Below, piece after piece: positions 29,201 to 43,500 of a stretch of DNA of 64,000 nucleotides; positions within the stretch are counted from its first letter, which is position 1; the number at the start of each line of letters is the position of its first letter. The stretch lies in assembly GCF_009914755.1 (NCBI RefSeq), contig NC_060925.1; one strand, 5' to 3'. Made by a program: the position numbers and the translations under genes. The notes below the pieces were generated by a model. It had not been told where the DNA came from and made no database searches. It saw nothing but the letters and a program-made list of their open reading frames with translations. This stretch comes from the human T2T-CHM13v2.0 reference genome, Homo sapiens.

Positions 29201-32200
29201 TGGACTGGAATGGAATCATTGAATGGACTCGAAAGGGATCATTATTGAATGGAATTGAATGGAATCATCGAATGGTCTCGATTGGAATCATTATCAAATG
29301 GAATCGAATGGAATCACCGAATAGAATCGAATGGAACAATCATCGAATGGACTCAAATGGAATTATCCTCCAATGGAATCGAATGGAATTATCGAATGCA
29401 ATCGAATGGAATTATCGAATGCAATCGAATAGAATCATCGAATGGACTCGAATGGAATCATCGAATGGAATGGAATGGAACAGTCAATGAACTCGAATGG
29501 AATCATCATTGAATGGAATCGAATGGAATCATCGAGTGGAATCGAATGGAATTATGATCAAATGGAATCGAATGTAATCATCATCAAATGGAATCAAAAA
29601 TAACCATCATCAATTGGTATTGAATGGAATTGTCATCAAATGGAATTCAAAGGAATCATCATCAAATGGAACCGAATGGAATCCTCATTGAATGGAAATG
29701 AAAGGGGTCATCATCTAATGGAATCGCATGGAATCATCATCAAATGGAATCGAATGGAATCATCATCAAATGGAATCTAATGGAATCATTGAACAGAATT
29801 GAATGGAATCGTCATCGAATGAATTGAATGCAATCATCGAATGGTCTCGAATGGAATCATCTTCTAATGGAAAGGAATGGAATCATCGCATAGAATCGAA
29901 TGGAATTATCATCGAATGGAATCGAATGGTATCAACACCAAACGGAAAAAAACGGAATTATCGAATGGAATCGAAGAGAATCTTCGAACGGACCCGAATG
30001 GAATCATCTAATGGAATGGAATGGAATAATCCATGGACTCGAATGCAATCATCATCGAATGGAATCGAATGGAATCATCGAATGGACTCGAATGGAATAA
30101 TCATTGAACGGAATCGAATGGAATCATCATCGGATGGAAACGAATGGAATCATCATCGAATGGAAATGAAAGGAGTCATCATCTAATGGAATTGCATGGA
30201 ATCATCATAAAATGGAATCGAATGGAATCAACATCAAATGGAATCAAATGGAATCATTGAACGGAATTGAATGGAATCGTCATCGAATGAATTGACTGCA
30301 ATCATCGAATGGTCTCGAATGGAATCATCTTCAAATGGAATGGAATGGAATCATCGCATAGAATCGAATGGAATTATCATCGAATGGAATCGAATGGAAT
30401 CAACATCAAACGGAAAAAAACAGAATTATCGTATGGAATCAAAGAGAATCATCGAAGGGACCGGAATGGAATCATCTAATGGAATGGAATGGAATAATCC
30501 GTGGACTCGAATGCAATCATCATCGAATGGAATCGAATGGAATCATCGAATGGACTCGAATGGAATAATCATTGAACGGAATCGAATGGAATCATCATCG
30601 GATGGAAATGAATGGAATCATCATCGAATGGAATCGAATAGAATTATGGAATGAAATCCAGTGTGATCATCATCGAATGGACCCGAATGGAATCATCATC
30701 CAACGGAAGCTAATGGAATCAACATCGAATGAATCGAATGGAAACACCATCGAATTGAAACGAATGGAATTATCATGAAATTGAAATGGATGGACTCATC
30801 ATCGAATGGATTCGAATGGAATCATCGAATAAAATTGATTGAAATCATCATCGAATGGATTCGAATGGTATCATTGAATGGAATCGAATGGAATCATCAT
30901 CAGATGGAAATGAATGGAATCGTCATAGAATGGAATCGAATGGATTCATTGAATGGAATCAGATGGAATCATCGAATGGACTGGAATGGAATCATTGAAT
31001 GGACTCGAAAGGGATCATTATTGAATGGAATTGAATGGAATCATCGAATGGTCTCGATTGGAATCATTATCAAATGGAATCGAATGGAATCACCGAATAG
31101 AATCGAATGGAACAATCATCGAATGGACTCAAATGGAATTATCCTCCAATGGAATCGAATGGAATTATCGAATGCAATCGAATGGAATTATCGAATGCAA
31201 TCGAATAGAATCATCGAATGGACTCGAATGGAATCATCGAATGGAATGGAATGGAACAGTCAATGAACTCGAATGGAATCATCATTGAATGGAATCGAAT
31301 GGAATCATCGAGTGGAATCGAATGGAATTATGATCAAATGGAATCGAATGTAATCATCATCAAATGGAATCAAAAATAACCATCATCAATTGGTATTGAA
31401 TGGAATTGTCATCAAATGGAATTCAAAGGAATCATCATCAAATGGAACCGAATGGAATCCTCATTGAATGGAAATGAAAGGGGTCATCATCTAATGGAAT
31501 CGCATGGAATCATCATCAAATGGAATCGAATGGAATCATCATCAAATGGAATCTAATGGAATCATTGAACAGAATTGAATGGAATCGTCATCGAATGAAT
31601 TGAATGCAATCATCGAATGGTCTCGAATGGAATCATCTTCTAATGGAAAGGAATGGAATCATCGCATAGAATCGAATGGAATTATCATCGAATGGAATCG
31701 AATGGTATCAACACCAAACGGAAAAAAACGGAATTATCGAATGGAATCGAAGAGAATCTTCGAACGGACCCGAATGGAATCATCTAATGGAATGGAATGG
31801 AATAATCCATGGACTCGAATGCAATCATCATCGAATGGAATCGAATGGAATCATCGAATGGACTCGAATGGAATAATCATTGAACGGAATCGAATGGAAT
31901 CATCATCGGATGGAAACGAATGGAATCATCATCGAATGGAAATGAAAGGAGTCATCATCTAATGGAATTGCATGGAATCATCATAAAATGGAATCGAATG
32001 GAATCAACATCAAATGGAATCAAATGGAATCATTGAACGGAATTGAATGGAATCGTCATCGAATGAATTGACTGCAATCATCGAATGGTCTCGAATGGAA
32101 TCATCTTCAAATGGAATGGAATGGAATCATCGCATAGAATCGAATGGAATTATCATCGAATGGAATCGAATGGAATCAACATCAAACGGAAAAAAACGGA

Positions 32201-35200
32201 ATTATCGAATGGAATCGAAGAGAATCATCGAATGGACCCGAATGGAATCATCTAATGGAATGGAATGGAATAATCCATGGACTCGGATGCAATCATCATC
32301 CAATGGAATCGAATGGAATCATCGAATGGACTCGAATGGAATAATCATTGAACGGAATTGAATGGAATCATCATCGGATGGAAATGAATGGAATCATCAT
32401 CGAATGGAATCGAATAGAATTATGGAATGAAATCCAGTGTGATCATCATCGAATGGACCCGAATGGAATCATCATCCAACGGAAGCTAATGGAATCAACA
32501 TCGAATGAATCGAATGGAAACACCATCGAATTGAAACGAATGGAATTATCATGAAATTGAAATGGATGGACTCATCATCGAATGGATTCGAATGGAATCA
32601 TCGAATAAAATTGATTGAAATCATCATCGAATGGAATCGAATGGTATCATTGAATGGAATCGAATGGAATCATCATCAGATGGAAATGAATGGAATCGTC
32701 ATAGAATGGAATCGAATGGATTCATTGAATGGAATCAGATGGAATCATCGAATGGACTGGAATGGAATCATTGAATGGACTCGAAAGGGATCATGATTGA
32801 ATGGAATTGAATGGAATCATCGAATGGTCTCTATTGGAATCATTATCAAATGGAATCGAATGGAATCACCGAATAGAATCGAATGGAACAATCATCGAAT
32901 GGACTCCAATGGAATTATCCTCCAATGGAATCGAATGGAATTATCGAATGCAATCGAATGGAATTATCGAATGCAATCGAATAGAATCATCGAATGGACT
33001 CGAATGGAATCATCGAATGGAATGGAATGGAACAGTAAATGAACACGAATGGAATCATCATTGAATGGAATCGAATGGAATCATCGAGTGGAATCGAATG
33101 GAATTATGATCAAATGGAATCGAATGTAATCATCATCAAATGGAATCAAAAATAACCATCATCAATTGGTATTGAATGGAATTGTCATCAAATGGAATTC
33201 AAAGGAATCATCATCAAATGGAACCGAATGGAATCCTCATTGAATGGAAATGAAAGGGGTCATCATCTAATGGAATCGCATGGAATCATCATCAAATGGA
33301 ATCGAATGGAATCATCATCAAATGGAATCTAATGGAATCATTGAACAGAATTGAATGGAATCGTCATCGAATGAATTGAATGCAATCATCGAATGGTCTC
33401 GAATGGAATCATCTTCTAATGGAAAGGAATGGAATCATCGCATAGAATCGAATGGAATTATCATCGAATGGAATCGAATGGTATCAACACCAAACGGAAA
33501 AAAACGGAATTATCGAATGGAATCAAAGAGAATCTTCGAACGGACCCGAATGGAATCATCTAATGGAATGGAATGGAATAATCCATGGACTCGAATGCAA
33601 TCATCATCGAATGGAATCGAATGGAATCATCGAATGGACTCGAATGGAATAATCATTGAACGGAATCGAATGGAATCATCATCGGATGGAAACGAATGGA
33701 ATCATCATCGAATGGAAATGAAAGGAGTCATCATCTAATGGAATTGCATGGAATCATCATAAAATGGAATCGAATGGAATCAACATCAAATGGAATCAAA
33801 TGGAATCATTGAACGGAATTGAATGGAATCGTCATCGAATGAATTGAATGCAATCATCGAATGGTCTCGAATGGATTCATCTTCAAATGGAATGGAATGG
33901 AATCATCGCATAGAATCGAATGGAATTATCATCGAATGGAATCGAATGGAATCAACATCAAACGGAAAAAAACGGAATTATCGAATGGAATCGAAGAGAA
34001 TCATCGAATGGACCCGAATGGAATCATCTAATGGAATGGAATGGAATAATCCATGGACTCGAATGCAATCATCATCGAATGGAATCGAATGGAATCATCG
34101 AATGGACTCGAATGGAATAATCATTGAACGGAATTGAATGGAATCATCATCGGATGGAAATGAATGGAATCATCATCGAATGGAATCGAATAGAATTATG
34201 GAATGAAATCCAGTGTGATCATCATCGAATGGACCCGAATGGAATCATCATCCAACGGAAGCTAATGGAATAAACATCGAATGAATCGAATGGAAACACC
34301 ATCGAATTGAAACGAATGGAATTATCATGAAATTGAAATGGATGGACTCATCATCGAATGGATTCGAATGGAATCATCGAATAAAATTGATTGAAATCAT
34401 CAACGAATGGAATCGAATGGTATCATTGAATGGAATCGAATGGAATCATCATCAGATGGAAATGAATGGAATCGTCATAGAATGGAATCGAATGGATTCA
34501 TTGAATGGAATCAGATGGAATCATCGAATGGACTGGAATGGAATCATTGAATGGACTCGAAAGGGATCATTATTGAATGGAATTGAATGGAATCATCGAA
34601 TGGTCTCGATTGGAATCATTATCAAATGGAATCGAATGGAATCACCGAATAGAATCGAATGGAACAATCATCGAATGGACTCAAATGGAATTATCCTCCA
34701 ATGGAATCGAATGGAATTATCGAATGCAATCGAATGGAATTATCGAATGCAATCGAATAGAATCATCGAATGGACTCGAATGGAATCATCGAATGGAATG
34801 GACTGGAACAGTCAATGAACTCGAATGGAATCATCATTGAATGGAATCGAATGGAATCATCGAGTGGAATCGAATGGAATTATGATCAAATGGAATCGAA
34901 TGTAATCATCATCAAATGGAATCAAAAATAACCATCATCAATTGGTATTGAATGGAATTGTCATCAAATGGAATTCAAAGGAATCATCATCAAATGGAAC
35001 CGAATGGAATCCTCATTGAATGGAAATGAAAGGGGTCATCATCTAATGGAATCGCATGGAATCATCATCAAATGGAATCGAATGGAATCATCATCAAATG
35101 GAATCTAATGGAATCATTGAACAGAATTGAATGGAATCGTCATCGAATGAATTGAATGCAATCATCGAATGGTCTCGAATGGAATCATCTTCTAATGGAA

Positions 35201-35497
35201 AGGAATGGAATCATCGCATAGAATCGAATGGAATTATCATCGAATGGAATCGAATGGTATCAACACCAAACGGAAAAAAACGGAATTATCGAATGGAATC
35301 GAAGAGAATCTTCGAACGGAACCGAATGGAATCATCTAATGGAATGGAATGGAATAATCCATGGACTCGAATGCAATCATCATCGAATGGAATCGAATGG
35401 AATCATCGAATGGACTCGAATGGAATAATCATTGAACGGAATCGAATGGAATCATCATCGGATGGAAACGAATGGAATCATCATCGAATGGAAATGA

Positions 35498-35965
35498 AAG
35501 GAGTCATCATCTAATGGAATTGCATGGAATCATCATAAAATGGAATCGAATGGAATCAACATCAAATGGAATCAAATGGAATCATTGAACGGAATTGAAT
35601 GGAATCGTCATCGAATGAATTGACTGCAATCATCGAATGGTCTCGAATGGAATCATCTTCAAATGGAATGGAATGGAATCATCGCATAGAATCGAATGGA
35701 ATTATCATCGAATGGAATCGAATGGAATCAACATCAAACGGAAAAAAACAGAATTATCGTATGGAATCGAAGAGAATCATCGAATGGACCCGAATGGAAT
35801 CATCTAATGGAATGGAATGGAATAATCCATGGACTCGAATGCAATCATCATCGAATGGAATCGAATGGAATCATCGAATGGACTCGAATGGAATAATCAT
35901 TGAACGGAATCGAATGGAATCATCATCGGATGGAAACGAATGGAATCATCATCGAATGGAAATGA
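35498..35965 (+). repeat. Extra 468-bp B/A hybrid sub-block (2,244-bp variant unit)
   Basis: Paralogous ORFs at 35131, 35599 and 36067 (468+468). The middle copy starts B-type and ends A-type (GGAAACGAAT...AAAGGAGTC). Confidence 0.9.
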
Positions 35966-38900
35966 AAGGAGTCATCATCTAATGGAATTGCATGGAATCA
36001 TCATAAAATGGAATCGAATGGAATCAACATCAAATGGAATCAAATGGAATCATTGAACGGAATTGAATGGAATCGTCATCGAATGAATTGACTGCAATCA
36101 TCGAATGGTCTCGAATGGAATCATCTTCAAATGGAATGGAATGGAATCATCGCATAGAATCGAATGGAATTATCATCGAATGGAATCGAATGGAATCAAC
36201 ATCCAACGGAAAAAAACGGAATTATCGAATGGAATCGAAGAGAATCATCGAATGGACCCGAATGGAATCATCTAATGGAATGGAATGGAATAATCCATGG
36301 ACTCGAATGCAATCATCATCGAATGGAATCGAATGGAATCATCGAATGGACTCGAATGGAATAATTATTGAACGGAATTGAATGGAATCATCATCGGATG
36401 GAAATGAATGGAATCATCATCGAATGGAATCGAATAGAATTATGGAATGAAATCCAGTGTGATCATCATCGAATGGACCCGAATGGAATCATCATCCAAC
36501 GGAAGCTAATGGAATAAACATCGAATGAATCGAATGGAAACACCATCGAATTGAAACGAATGGAATTATCATGAAATTGAAATGGATGGACTCATCATCG
36601 AATGGATTCGAATGGAATCATCGAATAAAATTGATTGAAATCATCATCGAATGGAATCGAATGGTATCATTGAATGGAATCGAATGGAATCATCATCAGA
36701 TGGAAATGAATGGAATCGTCATAGAATGGAATCGAATGGATTCATTGAATGGAATCAGATGGAATCATCGAATGGACTGGAATGGAATCATTGAATGGAC
36801 TCGAAAGGGATCATGATTGAATGGAATTGAATGGAATCATCGAATGGTCTCGATTGGAATCATTATCAAATGGAATCGAATGGAATCACCGAATAGAATC
36901 GAATGGAACAATCATCGAATGGACTCAAATGGAATTATCCTCAAATGGAATCGAATGGAATTATCGAATGCAATCGAATGGAATTATCGAATGCAATCGA
37001 ATAGAATCATCGAATGGACTCGAATGGAATCATCGAATGGAATGGAATGGAACAGTCAATGAACTCGAATGGAATCATCATTGAATGGAATCGAATGGAA
37101 TCATCGAGTGGAATCGAATGGAATTATGATCAAATGGAATCGAATGTAATCATCATCAAATGGAATCAAAAATAACCATCATCAATTGATATTGAATGGA
37201 ATTGTCATCAAATGGAATTCAAAGGAATCATCATCAAATGGAACCGAATGGAATCCTCATTGAATGGAAATGAAAGGGGTCATCATCTAATGGAATCGCA
37301 TGGAATCATCATCAAATGGAATCGAATGGAATCATCATCAAATGGAATCTAATGGAAACATTGAACAGAATTGAATGGAATCGTCATCGAATGAATTGAA
37401 TGCAATCATCGAATGGTCTCGAATGGAATCATCTTCTAATGGAAAGGAATGGAATCATCGCATAGAATCGAATGGAATTATCATCGAATGGAATCGAATG
37501 GTATCAACACCAAACGGAAAAAAACGGAATTATCGAATGGAATCGAAGAGAATCTTCGAACGGACCCGAATGGAATCATCTAATGGAATGGAATGGAATA
37601 ATCCATGGACTCGAATGCAATCATCATCGAATGGAATCGAATGGAATCATCGAATGGACTCGAATGGAATAATCATTGAACGGAATCGAATGGAATCATC
37701 ATCGGATGGAAACGAATGGAATCATCATCGAATGGAAATGAAAGGAGTCATCATCTAATGGAATTGCATGGAATCATCATAAAATGGAATCGAATGGAAT
37801 CAACATCAAATGGAATCAAATGGAATCATTGAACGGAATTGAATGGAATCGTCATCGAATGAATTGACTGCAATCATCGAATGGTCTCGAATGGAATCAT
37901 CTTCAAATGGAATGGAATGGAATCATCGCATAGAATCGAATGGAATTATCATCGAATGGAATCGAATGGAATCAACATCAAACGGAAAAAAACGGAATTA
38001 TCGAATGGAATCGAAGAGAATCATCGAATGGATCCGAATGGAATCATCTAATGGAATGGAATGGAATACTCCATGGACTCGAATGCAATCATCATCGAAT
38101 GGAATCGAATGGAATCATCGAATGGACTCGAATGGAATAATCATTGAACGGAATCGAATGGAATCATCATCGGATGGAAATGAATGGAATCATCATCGAA
38201 TGGAATCGAATAGAATTATGGAATGAAATCCAGTGTGATCATCATCGAATGGACCCGAATGGAATCATCATCTAACGGAAGCTAATGGAATCAACATCGA
38301 ATGAATCGAATGGAAACACCATCGAATTGAAACGAATGGAATTATCATGAAATTGAAATGGATGGACTCATCATCGAATGGATTCGAATGGAATCATCGA
38401 ATAAAATTGATTGAAATCATCATCCAATGGAATCGAATGGTATCATTGAATGGAATCGAATGGAATCATCATCAGATGGAAATGAATGGAATCGTCATAA
38501 AATGGAATCGAATGGATTCATTGAATGGAATCAGATGGAATCATCGAATGGACTGGAATGGAATCATTGAATGGACTCGAAAGGGATCATTATTGAATGG
38601 AATTGAATGGAATCATCGAATGGTCTCGATTGGAATCATTATCAAATGGAATCGAATGGAATCACCGAACAGAATCGAATGGAACAATCATCGAATGGAC
38701 TCAAATGGAATTATCCTCCAATGGAATCGAATGGAATTATCGAATGCAATCGAATGGAATTATCGAATGCAATCGAATAGAATCATCGAATGGACTCGAA
38801 TGGAATCATCGAATGGAATGGAATGGAACAGTCAATGAACTCGAATGGAATCATCATTGAATGGAATCGAATGGAATCATCGAGTGGAATCGAATGGAAT

Positions 38901-40599
38901 TATGATCAAATGGAATCGAATGTAATCATCATCAAATGGAATCAAAAATAACCATCATCAATTGGTATTGAATGGAATTGTCATCAAATGGAATTCAAAG
39001 GAATCATCATCAAATGGAACCGAATGGAATCCTCATTGAATGGAAATGAAAGGGGTCATCATCTAATGGAATCGCATGGAATCATCATCAAATGGAATCG
39101 AATGGAATCATCATCAAATGGAATCTAATGGAATCATTGAACAGAATTGAATGGAATCGTCATCGAATGAATTGAATGCAATCATCGAATGGTCTCGAAT
39201 GGAATCATCTTCTAATGGAAAGGAATGGAATCATCGCATAGAATCGAATGGAATTATCATCGAATGGAATCGAATGGTATCAACACCAAACGGAAAAAAA
39301 CGGAATTATCGAATGGAATCGAAGAGAATCTTCGAACGGAACCGAATGGAATCATCTAATGGAATGGAATGGAATAATCCATGGACTCGAATGCAATCAT
39401 CATCGAATGGAATCGAATGGAATCATCGAATGGACTCGAATGGAATAATCATTGAACGGAATCGAATGGAATCATCATCGGATGGAAACGAATGGAATCA
39501 TCATCGAATGGAAATGAAAGGAGTCATCATCTAATGGAATTGCATGGAATCATCATAAAATGGAATCGAATGGAATCAACATCAAATGGAATCAAATGGA
39601 ATCATTGAACGGAATTGAATGGAATCGTCATCGAATGAATTGACTGCAATCATCGAATGGTCTCGAATGGAATCATCTTCAAATGGAATGGAATGGAATC
39701 ATCGCATAGAATCGAATGGAATTATCATCGAATGGAATCGAATGGAATCAACATCAAACGGAAAAAAACAGAATTATCGTATGGAATCGAAGAGAATCAT
39801 CGAATGGACCCGAATGGAATCATCTAATGGAATGGAATGGAATAATCCATGGACTCGAATGCAATCATCATCGAATGGAATCGAATGGAATCATCGAATG
39901 GACTCGAATGGAATAATCATTGAACGGAATCGAATGGAATCATCATCGGATGGAAATGAATGGAATCATCATCGAATGGAATCGAATAGAATTATGGAAT
40001 GAAATCCAGTGTGATCATCATCGAATGGACCCGAATGGAATCATCATCCAACGGAAGCTAATGGAATCAACATCGAATGAATCGAATGGAAACACCATCG
40101 AATTGAAACGAATGGAATTATCATGAAATTGAAATGGATGGACTCATCATCGAATGGATTCGAATGGAATCATCGAATAAAATTGATTGAAATCATCATC
40201 AAATGGAATCGAATGGTATCATTGAATGGAATCGAATGGAATCATCATCAGATGGAAATGAATGGAATCGTCATAGAATGGAATCGAATGGATTCATTGA
40301 ATGGAATCAGATGGAATCATCGAATGGACTGGAATGGAATCATTGAATGGACTCGAAAGGGATCATTATTGAATGGAATTGAATGGAATCATCGAATCGT
40401 CTCGATTGGAATCATTACCAAATGGAATCGAATGGAATCACCGAATAGAATCGAATGGAACAATCATCGAATGGACTCAAATGGAATTATCCTCAAATGG
40501 AATCGAATGGAATTATCGAATGCAATCGAATGGAATTATCGAATGCAATCGAATAGAATCATCGAAAGGACTCGAATGGAATCATCGAATGGAATGGAA

Positions 40600-43500
40600 T
40601 GGAACAGTCAATGAACTCGAATGGAATCATCATTGAATGGAATCGAATGGAATCATCGAGTGGAATCGAATGGAATTATGATCAAATGGAATCGAATGTA
40701 ATCATCATCAAATGGAATCAAAAATAACCATCATCAATTGGTATTGAATGGAATTGTCATCAAATGGAATTCAAAGGAATCATCATCAAATGGAACCGAA
40801 TGGAATCCTCATTGAATGGAAATGAAAGGGGTCATCATCTAATGGAATCGCATGGAATCATCATCAAATGGAATCGAATGGAATCATCATCAAATGGAAT
40901 CTAATGGAATCATTGAACAGAATTGAATGGAATCGTCATCGAATGAATTGAATGCAATCATCGAATGGTCTCGAATGGAATCATCTTCTAATGGAAAGGA
41001 ATGGAATCATCGCATAGAATCGAATGGAATTATCATCGAATGGAATCGAATGGAATCAACATCAAACGGAAAAAAACAGAATTATCGTATGGAATCGAAG
41101 AGAATCATCGAAGGGACCCGAATGGAATCATCTAATGGAATGGAATGGAATAATCCATGGACTCGAATGCAATCATCATCGAATGGAATCGAATGGAATC
41201 ATCGAATGGACTCGAATGGAATAATCATTGAACGGAATCGAATGGAATCATCATCGGATGGAAATGAATGGAATCATCATCGAATGGAATCGAATAGAAT
41301 TATGGAATGAAATCCAGTGTGATCATCATCGAATGGACCCGAATGGAATCATCATCTAACGGAAGCTAATGGAATCAACATCGAATGAATCGAATGGAAA
41401 CACCATCGAATTGAAACGAATGGAATTATCATGAAATTGAAATGGATGGACTCATCATCGAATGGATTCGAATGGAATCATCGAATAAAATTGATTGAAA
41501 TCATCATCCAATGGAATCGAATGGTATCATTGAATGGAATCGAATGGAATCATCATCAGATGGAAATGAATGGAATCGTCATAAAATGGAATCGAATGGA
41601 TTCATTGAATGGAATCAGATGGAATCATCGAATGGACTGGAATGGAATCATTGAATGGACTCGAAAGGGATCATTATTGAATGGAATTGAATGGAATCAT
41701 CGAATGGTCTCGATTGGAATCATTATCAAATGGAATCGAATGGAATCACCGAACAGAATCGAATGGAACAATCATCGAATGGACTCAAATGGAATTATCC
41801 TCCAATGGAATCAAATGGAATTATCGAATGCAATCGAATGGAATTATCGAATGCAATCGAATAGAATCATCGAATGGACTCGAATGGAATCATCGAATGG
41901 AATGGAATGGAACAGTCAATGAACTCGAATGGAATCATCATTGAATGGAATCGAATGGAATCATCGAGTGGAATCGAATGGAATTATGATCAAATGGAAT
42001 CGAATGTAATCATCATCAAATGGAATCAAAAATAACCATCATCAATTGGTATTGAATGGAATTGTCATCAAATGGAATTCAAAGGAATCATCATCAAATG
42101 GAACCGAATGGAATCCTCATTGAATGGAAATGAAAGGGGTCATCATCTAATGGAATCGCATGGAATCATCATCAAATGGAATCGAATGGAATCATCATCA
42201 AATGGAATCTAATGGAATCATTGAACAGAATTGAATGGAATCGTCATCGAATGAATTGAATGCAATCATCGAATGGTCTCGAATGGAATCATCTTCTAAT
42301 GGAAAGGAATGGAATCATCGCATAGAATCGAATGGAATTATCATCGAATGGAATCGAATGGTATCAACACCAAACGGAAAAAAACGGAATTATCGAATGG
42401 AATCGAAGAGAATCTTCGAACGGACCCGAATGGAATCATCTAATGGAATGGAATGGAATAATCCATGGACTCGAATGCAATCATCATCGAATGGAATCGA
42501 ATGGAATCATCGAATGGACTCGAATGGAATAATCATTGAACGGAATCGAATGGAATCATCATCGGATGGAAACGAATGGAATCATCATCGAATGGAAATG
42601 AAAGGAGTCATCATCTAATGAAATTGCATGGAATCATCATAAAATGGAATCGAATGGAATCAACATCAAATGGAATCAAATGGAATCATTGAACGGAATT
42701 GAATGGAATCGTCATCGAATGAATTGACTGCAATCATCGAATGGTCTCGAATGGAATCATCTTCAAATGGAATGGAATGGAATCATCGCATAGAATCGAA
42801 TGGAATTATCATCGAATGGAATCGAATGGAATCAACATCAAACGGAAAAAAACGGAATTATCGAATGGAATCGAAGAGAATCATCGAATGGACCCGAATG
42901 GAATCATCTAATGGAATGGAATGGAATAATCCATGGACTCGAATGCAATCATCATCCAATGGAATCGAATGGAATCATCGAATGGACTCGAATGGAATAA
43001 TCATTGAACGGAATTGAATGGAATCATCATCGGATGGAAATGAATGGAATCATCATCGAATGGAATCGAATAGAATTATGGAATGAAATCCAGTGTGATC
43101 ATCATCGAATGGACCCGAATGGAATCATCATCCAACGGAAGCTAATGGAATCAACATCGAATGAATCGAATGGAAACACCATCGAATTGAAACGAATGGA
43201 ATTATCATGAAATTGAAATGGATGGACTCATCATCGAATGGATTCGAATGGAATCATCGAATAAAATTGATTGAAATCATCATCGAATGGAATCGAATGG
43301 TATCATTGAATGGAATCGAATGGAATCATCATCAGATGGAAATGAATGGAATCGTCATAGAATGGAATCGAATGGATTCATTGAATGGAATCAGATGGAA
43401 TCATCGAATGGACTGGAATGGAATCATTGAATGGACTCGAAAGGGATCATTATTGAATGGAATTGAATGGAATCATCGAATCGTCTCGATTGGAATCATT

